Source: an uncultured Candidatus Saccharibacteria bacterium
Lineage (GTDB): Bacteria; Patescibacteriota; Minisyncoccia; Phycocordibacterales; UBA2100
Direction: 5' to 3'
Assembly (NCBI GenBank): GCA_964545165.1
Contig: CAZJEQ010000001.1
Location: 1,971 to 65,970, forward strand
DNA length: 64,000 bases
In this document: positions 19,035-28,232 of the stretch, in pieces
How positions within the stretch are numbered: position 1 is the first letter of the stretch
How the letters are laid out: each line of letters begins with the position of its first letter
Notes under the pieces: generated by a model
Seen by the model: the letters and a program-made list of their open reading frames with translations, nothing else
Database searches by the model: none
What the model was told of the DNA's origin: nothing
Position numbers and translations under genes: made by a program

Positions 19035-21569
19035 ATGAGGAGGCTCACTCGTGCGACTGCTGTAATTCTTTCGTTTGCGATGCTGCTGTCGCCGCTCACA
19101 GTGACAGCGCAAGGATCATTCCCGTCTAATTGGGCCTCTCTTACACCGCAGCAGCAGACCAATTGGTTGAATGCATACAATAACCAGACGTTGCCGGCGT
19201 ACGTCTCGCCGACAGTTCCTTCGAGCCCCTCTCTATGGTCGCAATTTACAAATTTGTTCAGTGCGCCGTCGCCATCTCCTGCGTACAACCCCTATTCTGC
19301 GCAGTCGCCGGATATGTACGGTCAGCAGAATCAGTACACCTCTACTAACAACGCGTTACAGGATTACAGTCGCCTCAATCCGTCATCGGGTACGACGGGC
19401 GGACAAGGATGGGGAGGTCCCGAGCCCGCACCGGGAAGCTTGAGTGGCTCGGGGAGCGGAGCGGGTGCAAGCGCTGGGGGAGGCAGTGCAGCGGGTGCGA
19501 TAGCTGGACCAGCGGCTTCGATTGGTGCGGGAGCAATCATGAATCAAGGAGGCAATCTCTTGTGCGCAAATGTCATCGTCAATAATCTGTGCCCACCGTG
19601 CTCACTCCCCGAAAAAGCATCGAACCCAGCCGGGTACAACTGTATCCCAAAGGCCAATCAATATATGTGTCCTGGCTCGTGTTTTGATATTTCATCGGCC
19701 ACGGTTGGTATGTGTGTTGCGCCCGGAAAATGTCAGGCAGTGTCAGCACCGGGTCTCGGTGGCATTGGCGGCGGATTGCTCTCGACGCTCGGTGTTGGTG
19801 TGACGATGTCGGTGGTTGGAGCCGTCGTCGGCAAGCTCGTGAGTGGTTTTGGCGCTGCATCCGGCGGCGGCACGAATCCTGGTGCCAGCGGATACGGTAG
19901 CAATCCGTTTGGTTCGACGAATCCGACCGCGCAAACCTGCACCTCGTATCGGCCGACCAGCGACACCGCCCAGCTCTCACAGCCGTGCACGTACTATGTC
20001 CCTGCTTCGGGGACGAGTACGGGTACCACTGGTACGGGCACTACGTGCAGTGCGATGGATCAGGCACTGGGCCTCTGCGGCGGCACGAGCACCGGCACTA
20101 CCGGCACGGGCACTGGTACGAACACGTGCAGCCCGACCTCGCAAGCCCTCGGCCTCTGCGGCGGCACGAGCACGACGACCAGTGCGACCAATGCCTCAGT
20201 CTCAGCCACGCCAACGTCTGGCCCGGCACCGCTCAGCGTCACCTTTACGGTGACAGATACCTCGACTGGCTGTACGCGCGATGCGGTCACACTCGCATAC
20301 GGTGATTCATCGGCAGCGGTCACGGTGTTTGCGGCAACGACTGCGTGTGGTGCGCGCAATCCGGCGACGCTCACGCATACGTATGCGACGAGCAGTTCCT
20401 TCGTCGCGCGCCTCAAGAATGCTGCGAGCGGAGCGGAGCTCTCGAGTGTCAGTATTACCGCGACGGCACCAGGGACGACCGGCGGAGGACCCATCGCTGA
20501 CGTGACGACGGCAGCACTCGCCGCAGCGCCCTCGTCTGGTTCCGCACCGCTTTCTGTTTCGATCATCGCATCCGACACATCACCCGAATGTCCTCATGCG
20601 CCGATCGGTATCAGATACGGAGACGATTCAGCCCCGATAACGCTCTTCGATGGTGTGACCAGTTGCGGACAAGCGGCACAGCGGCTGACGCATGCGTACG
20701 TGGCACCTGGCTCGTACAAGCTTGAGCTCGTAAAAGCGGGAGGTGCGATCGTCCGTTCGGTCACTATCAATGTGAGCGCGCCGACGACGGGCACGGGTGG
20801 CACGCAAGGACAAGGTGGGGTGCAGACGACATTCGATGCAGACGCGCAACCGATTACCGCTGGCGTCCAATCATCCGAAAATCAAGCGACCATTACCTCT
20901 GGTGGCGCGGCTCCTGCGGGAGCGCCGACAGGCGACATCAAGCTCTTTGGCGCGGGTGCGACTATTTCTGCATCCACCAAGGACGCGCAGACCAATACCA
21001 CGGTCTCTGGCTTCGTCGGTGGCAACACCAACAGCACTATCAACGATAAGAGCGTTGCGCAGCGCTTGTGCGTCTCGCGACCATGGAGCAGCAATTTCCT
21101 TTCTTATGTGATTCCGCCGTCGTTCTTCGACTCGCTCTGTTCGTGGCGTGGCTACGAAGTGGGGCAGGCAACCTCGACGCCTGTCGTGCCAACGACTTCC
21201 ACCACACAAACCAGCGTGAAGCCGCAGGTGCAGCTGACGCAGCAGCCCGCGAAGACGACACCCGCTTCGGTGAAGCCAGCGACTACGACGCCGGTCCTCA
21301 CGACACCGGCAAAAATAGATGTGTGGGCGGTGCCAGCCAGCGTCCCGCTCGGCTCGCGCACGTCAATCTTCTGGAATGCTGAGGGTGTGGAGAGCTGCCT
21401 CATTACCTCGCCCGATGGGAGCTTTACGCAGAACGTCTCGGGCGCAAATCTCCGCAACAAGGGCGCCTCGACCGTGCCGATTATTGCCGCCACCACCTTC
21501 TCAATGTCATGTCTGCGTGCCGATGGTTCGCATGTGACAGATTTCGTCACGGTAAAGATTGCCATTTAA
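19035..21569 (+). CDS. large secreted surface protein with Gly/Ser/Thr-rich region, two PKD-like domains and C-terminal Ig-like domain
   Basis: Signal peptide MRRLTRATAVILSFAMLLSPLTVTAQG; internal repeats (CS.MDQALGLCGGTSTGTTGTG x2); PKD-like repeats (PLSVTF...GD...LTHTY...); the C-terminal domain is shared with the 32796 protein. Confidence 0.7.
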   Translation: MRRLTRATAVILSFAMLLSPLTVTAQGSFPSNWASLTPQQQTNWLNAYNNQTLPAYVSPTVPSSPSLWSQFTNLFSAPSPSPAYNPYSAQSPDMYGQQNQYTSTNNALQDYSRLNPSSGTTGGQGWGGPEPAPGSLSGSGSGAGASAGGGSAAGAIAGPAASIGAGAIMNQGGNLLCANVIVNNLCPPCSLPEKASNPAGYNCIPKANQYMCPGSCFDISSATVGMCVAPGKCQAVSAPGLGGIGGGLLSTLGVGVTMSVVGAVVGKLVSGFGAASGGGTNPGASGYGSNPFGSTNPTAQTCTSYRPTSDTAQLSQPCTYYVPASGTSTGTTGTGTTCSAMDQALGLCGGTSTGTTGTGTGTNTCSPTSQALGLCGGTSTTTSATNASVSATPTSGPAPLSVTFTVTDTSTGCTRDAVTLAYGDSSAAVTVFAATTACGARNPATLTHTYATSSSFVARLKNAASGAELSSVSITATAPGTTGGGPIADVTTAALAAAPSSGSAPLSVSIIASDTSPECPHAPIGIRYGDDSAPITLFDGVTSCGQAAQRLTHAYVAPGSYKLELVKAGGAIVRSVTINVSAPTTGTGGTQGQGGVQTTFDADAQPITAGVQSSENQATITSGGAAPAGAPTGDIKLFGAGATISASTKDAQTNTTVSGFVGGNTNSTINDKSVAQRLCVSRPWSSNFLSYVIPPSFFDSLCSWRGYEVGQATSTPVVPTTSTTQTSVKPQVQLTQQPAKTTPASVKPATTTPVLTTPAKIDVWAVPASVPLGSRTSIFWNAEGVESCLITSPDGSFTQNVSGANLRNKGASTVPIIAATTFSMSCLRADGSHVTDFVTVKIAI

Positions 21570-21572
21570 ATC

Positions 21573-22472
21573 ATGTGGCAGGCCTTTGCATTTCTCGCGC
21601 TCCTCGCGACAGCCGGGCAAAGTGTCGTCGATAAGTGGGCGATCGTGAGCGATCGTCGCATTGATCCCACTGTGGCGACCTTCTGGCGCAATGCACTCGT
21701 TTTTGTGTTCGTGGTAGCTATGGGCTGGTGGGGAATCATGGGCACCATCAGCTGGTACTTCGATCCGCTCATTCTGCTCTTCGGTGCGCTGCTTGTCTGC
21801 AGCGCCTTCTTTTACACCTACATGCTCAAGCATGTCGAAGTGACCGGTATCGAAATGGACAACTACATAGATCCCGTCGTATTTCTCTTGATCGATGTGT
21901 TCATCGTAGGCGCGGCGCTCAATGGCGGGCAGATAGCGGGAGTCGTATTGCTCTCGGTAGGGGGCTTCCTCTTTGCGGTGGATGCGCGCACGCGTCATCT
22001 CAAGCGGGAATTCTCGCTCAAGGTAGTGGGGATTATTTGCTTTTGGGTCATCTACAGCGGTCTGCAGTTTTACCTCTTCAAGTACCTCAACGACACCGTC
22101 GGACTCAACAGCGTGAGCTTTATGGCAAGTACGCATCTGGTCGCAGTTGCTATCATGCTTCTCCTGGTGACGATGCGTGGGAAATTCGGCGCGCTTTTTC
22201 TCAGTGCATCTGCTCAGTATTTGCCACCCGTCATGCTCAGCAAGGTATTCGATACTGCTGCAGCGCTGCTCATGCTCACAGCGCTCATGAGTGCGAGCGC
22301 CTCACAAGTTGCCGCGATAGGGGCGCTCGCACCGCTCATCCTCCTTGCTACAGCGGTATTCGTCCAAAAGGAGACCCGATTCAATATCCGCGAGCGTGTG
22401 GACCGTGCCAATGTTTCTTCGAAAATCGTGGCCGTCATCCTGATCGGCCTCGGCATTTATTTGGTGAGCTAA
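21573..22472 (+). CDS. DMT-superfamily (EamA-like) 10-TM transporter
   Basis: Duplicated 5-TM hydrophobic pattern. Confidence 0.5.
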   Translation: MWQAFAFLALLATAGQSVVDKWAIVSDRRIDPTVATFWRNALVFVFVVAMGWWGIMGTISWYFDPLILLFGALLVCSAFFYTYMLKHVEVTGIEMDNYIDPVVFLLIDVFIVGAALNGGQIAGVVLLSVGGFLFAVDARTRHLKREFSLKVVGIICFWVIYSGLQFYLFKYLNDTVGLNSVSFMASTHLVAVAIMLLLVTMRGKFGALFLSASAQYLPPVMLSKVFDTAAALLMLTALMSASASQVAAIGALAPLILLATAVFVQKETRFNIRERVDRANVSSKIVAVILIGLGIYLVS

Positions 22473-22501
22473 GGATGCTATAGTCGTCCTGTTCATTGCA
22501 T

Positions 22502-22577
22502 CCGCCCGTAGCTCAGTCGGTAGAGCAACTCCCTTTTAAGGAGATGGTCGTTGGTTCGATTCCAACCGGGCGGACCA
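22502..22577 (+). tRNA. tRNA-Lys (anticodon TTT), CCA encoded
   Basis: Manual cloverleaf: acceptor ccgcccg/cgggcgg, D-arm gctc-agtcggta-gagc, anticodon loop cTTTTaa, T-loop ttcgatt. The overlapping 81-aa ORF (…VAQSVEQLP…) is the typical tRNA translation artefact. Confidence 0.85.
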
Positions 22578-22584
22578 GTAAAAG

Positions 22585-22625
22585 AAAATGCCGAGCTTTT
22601 TGCTCGGCATTTTCTTTTTGTTATT
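22585..22625 (+). terminator. intrinsic terminator after tRNA-Lys
   Basis: aaaatgccgagc-tttt-gctcggcatttt followed by CTTTTTG. Confidence 0.6.
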
Positions 22626-22881
22626 TATTTTCGCTACCGGGTTCTTTCATCGCCGCAAGGGCATCGAGCAGCTCAACTCCCTGTTCTTGCAATTCCATGA
22701 TGCGTGCTTCGTCCGCTTCCTTCTGCAGCGATTCGGCGTAAAAGCCGAGCAGAAGCTTGCCCTGCACCTCTTCGGGTAATTCCTGGTAATGGTCGATCAT
22801 AAATCGTTCCACTGCCTTCTCGTCGCCCGCATCAACGAGCTTGTCTATTTCCGCCATCAATTGTTGCTGAGTCATAGTCAT
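22621..22881 (-). CDS. hypothetical small acidic protein
   Basis: 86-aa ORF (MTMTQQQLMAEIDKL...) directly downstream of the 22887 gene. Confidence 0.4.
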   Translation of the reverse strand: MTMTQQQLMAEIDKLVDAGDEKAVERFMIDHYQELPEEVQGKLLLGFYAESLQKEADEARIMELQEQGVELLDALAAMKEPGSENK

Positions 22882-22886
22882 ATCAT

Positions 22887-24146
22887 TTATAGGGGAGCGG
22901 ATGCGGTCGCCCACCATCCGTTCATATCTTGATGCATTCGGTCGCGCGTTGGCCACAATAGTTCCATAAGTGCAGCAAAAAGCCCCGTCGCTTTGTGCTG
23001 CTCACGCTGCCCCTGCTGCATTGCCGTTTCTTCGCTGAGGCAGCTTGCATCGAAGGCGTCGTGTTCCGGTTGTGTGAACGCGTCCGGTGTCTTGCCAAGT
23101 CGCACGCATTCTGCCTGAAGACGCTCTTTGTATCTGCGCTGCCGAGCCTCAGGAGAGTTCGATTCTCTAAGGCCTTCGCGCACTCCACGAAACTCGGCAA
23201 ATGTTTTGACCGCACGTTCTTCCCGTAGGACTGGCGCGTTCCCAGTTTTCAATGCTTCGATGATCGCAATACGCATATCGGGATCAAGCGTGCCGCGAAG
23301 AATCGTGCCGACCTGTCCCATGTACGCATCCCGCCGCTGCATGATCGCGCGCTCTCCTTCAAATGCGCGTTCAATTTGCGCCACCTTGCGTCGGACATGA
23401 CCTCCGCCCCACAAGCCGTCCCACAATCGGCCGATGCCGTTCATCTGCGCCCGAGCAAGTTGTGCCAGATTTTCTCTAACGGCATCTGTCATACCAGCGG
23501 TACCGAGTGCGGGTTCGATAGCCGTTCGGTAGGCTTCTTCTGTTATGCCATGCCTGCCGAGAGCCCCAAGTACATTCGCCGTTGCTCGTTCGGCATCTGG
23601 GCTTGAGCCAAGTGTGCGCGCAGATCGGAGGTTGTCTACAAGGGTCTCGAATCCTCGGGGATTCTCGACAGCCATCTTATCGAGCTGAGATCGCAATACG
23701 TTTCCTGCTTCCTGCAAATTGCGCGTTTGTCCGAGCACTTCCTGAATACGTGGGTCGCGTAAAGCCATGCGTTGGATCTCCGGGTCAGAAATAGCCTCAC
23801 GCGCAAGTGACACAAGCGTCATTTGACGGTTAAAACCCTGCCGAGATGCCTCCAAAAAAGCGTTCTCTTCGTCGGTGAACAAGCGCTCTGCTACCGAGCG
23901 CGCGGGATCATTTTCTATCTTTTGCGCAATCGATACAGCCATATTCGGGTCCTGTGCGTGCAGGTACTTGCCGAAGAATAAATCCTCAAGGTGCGCGTTG
24001 CTTCGCAGCTGCGGAAGCGTGCGATCATTATCTCCAAGCGCAACGGTACCTTCACCGAGCGGATTCGGGATTTCCCTGCTTCGTTGTATTTGAGCATCGC
24101 TCGAAGCAACCATGCGATTTAGCGCCCTCTCTGACTCCATTGACAT
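22887..24146 (-). CDS. hypothetical alpha-helical protein
   Basis: 419-aa ORF with no recognisable motifs. Confidence 0.45.
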   Translation of the reverse strand: MSMESERALNRMVASSDAQIQRSREIPNPLGEGTVALGDNDRTLPQLRSNAHLEDLFFGKYLHAQDPNMAVSIAQKIENDPARSVAERLFTDEENAFLEASRQGFNRQMTLVSLAREAISDPEIQRMALRDPRIQEVLGQTRNLQEAGNVLRSQLDKMAVENPRGFETLVDNLRSARTLGSSPDAERATANVLGALGRHGITEEAYRTAIEPALGTAGMTDAVRENLAQLARAQMNGIGRLWDGLWGGGHVRRKVAQIERAFEGERAIMQRRDAYMGQVGTILRGTLDPDMRIAIIEALKTGNAPVLREERAVKTFAEFRGVREGLRESNSPEARQRRYKERLQAECVRLGKTPDAFTQPEHDAFDASCLSEETAMQQGQREQHKATGLFAALMELLWPTRDRMHQDMNGWWATASAPL

Positions 24147-24198
24147 GCAGCTATTGTGACACGGTACTTACGCCGTGCAATCGGGACAACTGCGCGGT

Positions 24199-24543
24199 TT
24201 ACAGCGGGAGATCGAAGGCGAAGGCGCCTGGGCCAGTGACCACGAGGGTCGCGAGCATCACGCACATGAGTATGGCCGTGGTCATTGGGTAGTGGCGCAT
24301 TTTGGGTACGAAAAGTCCTGCCGCCACCACGACGAGGCCAATGAGGGCGGCAATCTGCGTCCACGCGCCGACGAGGAGCGATATAGCGACGGCAACTTCT
24401 ACGACACTGAGCGTGCGCGTGAGCGAATCGCGATGCGCCATGTGCTGCCAGGCAGCGAGTACGAGAAAGGCTGCGAGGGCGAGACGAATAGCGAGTGCTG
24501 CAAATGGTGAGAGGAAGAGGAGTTGTGGGAAGAGGCTCAACAT
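24199..24543 (-). CDS. DoxX family membrane protein (second copy)
   Basis: 4-TM DoxX-like sequence (LAAWQHM...). Confidence 0.5.
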   Translation of the reverse strand: MLSLFPQLLFLSPFAALAIRLALAAFLVLAAWQHMAHRDSLTRTLSVVEVAVAISLLVGAWTQIAALIGLVVVAAGLFVPKMRHYPMTTAILMCVMLATLVVTGPGAFAFDLPL

Positions 24544-24580
24544 GGGTGCAGTATATCGTATTTCGTATATGGTATGCACC

Positions 24581-25045
24581 ATGCACGAGACGGTAGCCAT
24601 CCTCCACAACATCCGCAGTGCTCACAATGTGGGCTCCATATTTCGCACCTGCGATGCGGCTGGCATTGCCAGGGTATTTCTCACCGCCCACACCCCAACC
24701 CCCCTTCATACATTGGCCCCCCCCCAAACGGATGTTCCCAACCCCGCGCGCGGCGCCGAGCGCACGGTCGGCTGGGAGCAGTATGCGAATGTGCGTGATG
24801 CAATACAGAAGCTGCGCGATGAGGGCTTCCAGATCATCGGTGTGGAGCTCGACGATCGTGCTGTCGATTATCGTCAGTTCGTCCGCGCCGAAAAGTCAGC
24901 ATTCATTTTCGGCAACGAGGTGCGTGGCCTCTCACCCGCGCTTCGCGACGCGTGTGATGCGCTTGTAGAAATTCCTATGCGGGGAACCAAAGAATCACTC
25001 AATGTCTCGGTGAGCGCGGGTGTTATTCTCTTCGCGCTTCAGTAG
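24581..25045 (+). CDS. SpoU/TrmH-family RNA 2'-O-methyltransferase
   Basis: SPOUT motifs: AILHNIRSAHNVGSIFRTCDAAG, IGVELD, FIFGNEVRGL, EIPMRG..SLNVSVSAGVILF. Start ambiguous (24569/24581). Confidence 0.75.
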   Translation: MHETVAILHNIRSAHNVGSIFRTCDAAGIARVFLTAHTPTPLHTLAPPQTDVPNPARGAERTVGWEQYANVRDAIQKLRDEGFQIIGVELDDRAVDYRQFVRAEKSAFIFGNEVRGLSPALRDACDALVEIPMRGTKESLNVSVSAGVILFALQ

Positions 25046-25809
25046 GAGGTCTCGTCGACGATGCGCCCCGCGCTATCGAGGAGGCGCAGTGTGTCACCAG
25101 TATTTTTCCAGATTTCCTTGGTGTATCCGCCGTAGAGCCGCCAGCTCGGGAAATAAAAGCCGGGCGAGGAGGCGCGTTGGTTCGCGCATGCGCCGTACGA
25201 CTGCATATTCGGAAGATACTGCGTGCATTGATTTTCGCGGAACGAGACACCGATCGGCGAGACGCCACTAAAGATGAGTGCGCTCCCATCGCTCTGAAGC
25301 ACGACGTTGTCTACGCGATTCGGCGTGCCGGGGAGAAAGGGAGTCGTCGCCAGCGGGATCACCAGGCGCACGCCCGTGGTCATACTAACGATGGACCAGC
25401 CGCTGAGCGTGACCGGTGCCGCGCTGTCGCCCGTCATGTAGATCGAGAGGTATTCGTCGCGCGCACTTTCCGCGTATGCGTTGCTCGCCTCGAGCCGTAC
25501 TGATCCTCGCGCGGGAGAATCTGCGCCAGTGGTGGATAGGGGAGTATACGAGGTTGTGTCGCTCTCTATCGAGGGAGCGCTCTGGTCGTCGATTTCGGGC
25601 TCGATGCCGAGATCGCCGAAGATGCCGTCTTGCCCTGGTAATTGGAATTGTGTGGAGGATGAGGCGATGCCAAAGAGAAAATCGCGCAGGCTCGGCACGG
25701 AGTGCGCGGTATTTACGATAGAGCGAATACCACCACCATTAATAAACAGGAGGAGCACCACCGAGGCCACCATGCCGACAACAGTCCAGCCGAGGACGGT
25801 CTTTATCAT
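25039..25809 (-). CDS. membrane-anchored protein with C-terminal lamin-tail-like (LTD) domain
   Basis: N-terminal TM helix; C-terminal ...GDTLRLLDSAGRIVDETSY typical LTD ending. Confidence 0.45.
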   Translation of the reverse strand: MIKTVLGWTVVGMVASVVLLLFINGGGIRSIVNTAHSVPSLRDFLFGIASSSTQFQLPGQDGIFGDLGIEPEIDDQSAPSIESDTTSYTPLSTTGADSPARGSVRLEASNAYAESARDEYLSIYMTGDSAAPVTLSGWSIVSMTTGVRLVIPLATTPFLPGTPNRVDNVVLQSDGSALIFSGVSPIGVSFRENQCTQYLPNMQSYGACANQRASSPGFYFPSWRLYGGYTKEIWKNTGDTLRLLDSAGRIVDETSY

Positions 25810-25816
25810 CGATCTA

Positions 25817-27073
25817 TTATATCGTCCCGCGAAGCTTCTCTAATTCTTCTCGTGCGATTCGTGCGTCGCTCCATGGCTCTTTCGTGCCGTTGGCTCGAGC
25901 AATATTCGGGTCAGTACCTTTGCCCGTGATGATGACGGCGTCACCGGCGCGTGCGAGTGTAAGGCCGCGTGCAATGGCCTCGCGGCGATCCATGATGATT
26001 TCTGGTGTGTGCTTCGTGATGCCGCGCGCGAGCTCGTCGACGATACTGCGCGGATCTTCGTCGTACGGGTCCTCATCGGTCAAAATGACGATGTCGCAAT
26101 GCGTGTCGGCAACGCCCGCCATCACGGGGCGCTTCCATTTGTCTCTACCCCCACCCGTTGCACCCAAGACGCAGATGCGTCGGCGCCCTTCGTAGGCGTC
26201 GTAGATCGCTTTGAGTGAATCCGGCGTATGTGCATAGTCGACAACCACGGCAAAATCCTGGCCCGCGTCGACACGCTCGGCACGGCCGGGGATACGGCGA
26301 ATGCTCCCGAGCGCTGCAGCGATGACATGTGGCTTCACGCCGAGAGCGCGCGTGAGGGTCGCGGCGGCGAGTGCGTTTTTGAGAGAGAATTCTCCGGGCA
26401 ACTGAATCTCGATTTTCTCGCCCTCGAGCGTAAAGTAGCCGCCCTCGGACGTTGCCTCCCATGGCTGGTGCGCGGAGAGCGAGAATGGAAGCGCGCGCTC
26501 AACCGGGAGCGCTAGGTATCGCGCACTCTGCGGATCATCGGCGTTGGCGACCATGAAACGATGACGCTTCCTCGATCGTGCGAGTGCACGGCCTATTTCG
26601 AATTTCGCATCAGCATAGGCCTCGAAGGAGCCGTGGGACTCGATATGCTCTGGTGCGAGATTCGTAAAGATGAGCGCGTCGAGCGCGATGCCGCGATGGC
26701 GATGCTGTCGCGCACCCTCGGATGTCATTTCCAAAACGACCGCATCACAATCATCCGCGTACGCGCGTCGCATAAATCGCTGCATAAAAAATCTGCCCGG
26801 CATCGACATGCGTGTCGTGTTCGGCGCGGACCACTCGCCAATTTTGAAGCGAATGGAATTCACGAGCGCAGTGCGATAGTTGGACGCCTCGAGAATCGCC
26901 GCGACCATCTCAGTGACCGATGATTTACCTTTGGTGCCGGTCACCGCGACGATGAGCATCCCGCGCGATGGGTAGCGAAACACCAGGGCGGCGAATTCCG
27001 CGAGGAAGAGGTGATACGCCGAGATGGCTCGCTCGGGGAGCAATCCTCGAATGATGTTTTTGAGCGTACGCAT
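25817..27073 (-). CDS. Mur ligase family protein (MurE/MurT-like)
   Basis: VAVTGTKGKSS P-loop, DYAHTPDSL motif, Mur ligase central and C-terminal domains; short N-terminus. Confidence 0.7.
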   Translation of the reverse strand: MRTLKNIIRGLLPERAISAYHLFLAEFAALVFRYPSRGMLIVAVTGTKGKSSVTEMVAAILEASNYRTALVNSIRFKIGEWSAPNTTRMSMPGRFFMQRFMRRAYADDCDAVVLEMTSEGARQHRHRGIALDALIFTNLAPEHIESHGSFEAYADAKFEIGRALARSRKRHRFMVANADDPQSARYLALPVERALPFSLSAHQPWEATSEGGYFTLEGEKIEIQLPGEFSLKNALAAATLTRALGVKPHVIAAALGSIRRIPGRAERVDAGQDFAVVVDYAHTPDSLKAIYDAYEGRRRICVLGATGGGRDKWKRPVMAGVADTHCDIVILTDEDPYDEDPRSIVDELARGITKHTPEIIMDRREAIARGLTLARAGDAVIITGKGTDPNIARANGTKEPWSDARIAREELEKLRGTI

Positions 27074-27074
27074 A

Positions 27075-27644
27075 TTAGCGGCCCATTATTTTCAGCGCCT
27101 CGCGCAGTCGCTCCGAGCTCGATTCGATTTCGGGCGGCACTTGACGCAGTGCATCGCGCGCTTCTGCACCGCTGTAGCCGAGTGCCTTCATGGCCTCGAG
27201 CGCTTCCTCATCGCCCTTGAGGCTGGCCGTCTCGTAGGCGCTGCCGGTGCCGACTTTGTCGCGAAGTTCGAGCACAATCTTCTCAGCAGTCTTTTTGCCG
27301 ATGCCGGAGACCTTGGTGAGATATTCGGAGCGGCCGGTCGAAATCGCGCTGCGGAGCGTCTCGACACTCGCGATATCTAAAATGGCGAGTGCGGATTTCG
27401 GGCCGATGCCGGAGACAGAGAGGAGCATCTCAAAGAAGTGCTGCTCCTCCTCGTCAGCAAAGCCGTAGAGATCGAGGATGTCTTCGCGAACCGCGAGGTG
27501 CGTCCAGAGTGAGGCCTCCGTGCCTTCGCGAAGCGGGGAGAGGGTGGCGCGGGTAGCGGCGACCTTGTAGCCCACACCGCCGCACGAGAGGATGACGAAT
27601 CCGGCAGCGCTTTTGGTGACGATTCCACGCAGGTGTCCGATCAT
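27075..27644 (-). CDS. ruvA: Holliday junction helicase subunit RuvA
   Basis: MIGHLRG... OB-fold N-terminus, HhH motifs (GIGPKSA, GIGKKTAEKI), C-terminal RuvB-interaction domain. Upstream extension in the ORF track is not credible. Confidence 0.85.
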   Translation of the reverse strand: MIGHLRGIVTKSAAGFVILSCGGVGYKVAATRATLSPLREGTEASLWTHLAVREDILDLYGFADEEEQHFFEMLLSVSGIGPKSALAILDIASVETLRSAISTGRSEYLTKVSGIGKKTAEKIVLELRDKVGTGSAYETASLKGDEEALEAMKALGYSGAEARDALRQVPPEIESSSERLREALKIMGR

Positions 27645-27723
27645 CCGCTCAGTATGAGCGGCACTAGACCCGGGGGCAAGTAGATTGCAATTGTGGGCAG
27701 AATTGTGTAGTATCTCGCCACAT

Positions 27724-27987
27724 ATGGCACGTACGTCTTCCGCACGAAAAGCCCATCGCGTCGCAAAGCGCCGCGGCCTTTTCAATGCACGCCGTAAGGG
27801 CACGATGAAATCGGCCGTCAAAGGCATCCAGAAACAGATCCTTGCCAAATCAGCCGATGCTGCCAAGTCGCTCTCGGGTGTTCAGCAGGCGATCGACAAG
27901 GCCGCCAAGAACGGCACCATCAAGAAAAACACGGCCGCGCGCATGAAATCGCGCATCGCCAAGCGCATCTCAGCGCTCTCCAAGTAA
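27724..27987 (+). CDS. rpsT: 30S ribosomal protein S20
   Basis: MARTSSARKAHRVAKRRG... basic helical S20 signature; terminator follows. Confidence 0.8.
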   Translation: MARTSSARKAHRVAKRRGLFNARRKGTMKSAVKGIQKQILAKSADAAKSLSGVQQAIDKAAKNGTIKKNTAARMKSRIAKRISALSK

Positions 27988-27999
27988 GATATAAGAAAA

Positions 28000-28027
28000 C
28001 GACCCCGGAAGGGGTCGTTTTCTTAGA
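28000..28027 (+). terminator. intrinsic terminator after rpsT
   Basis: aaacgacccc-ggaa-ggggtcgttt + TCTT. Confidence 0.55.
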
Positions 28028-28043
28028 GCTTTTCTCTCACTTG

Positions 28044-28115
28044 TGCTCTCGGTAGGAATCGAACCTACATCACAACCTCCGCAAGGTTGCGTCCTATCCA
28101 TTGAACGACGAGAGC
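28044..28115 (-). tRNA. tRNA-Arg with anticodon GCG
   Basis: Reverse complement folds as GCTCTCG/CGAGAGC acceptor, D-loop with A20, anticodon stem CAACC/GGTTG, loop TTGCGGA (C35), T-loop TTCGATT. Confidence 0.75.
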
Positions 28116-28232
28116 GTGGTAGCCGCCAATGTAGCATAATTCTTCCATTTTCACAGAGGGCGAGCGGACGCTCGTGACACTCTCCACACGTGAGTCATTG
28201 TTGAAGCATCATCCAGGCTTCATTATTGGGCC

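Noticed and set aside
22496-22741. 81-aa plus-strand ORF (MHPPVAQSVEQLPFKEMVVGSIPTGRT...)
   Set aside because: This is the translation of tRNA-Lys plus its terminator. It shows the characteristic tRNA-derived peptide pattern.
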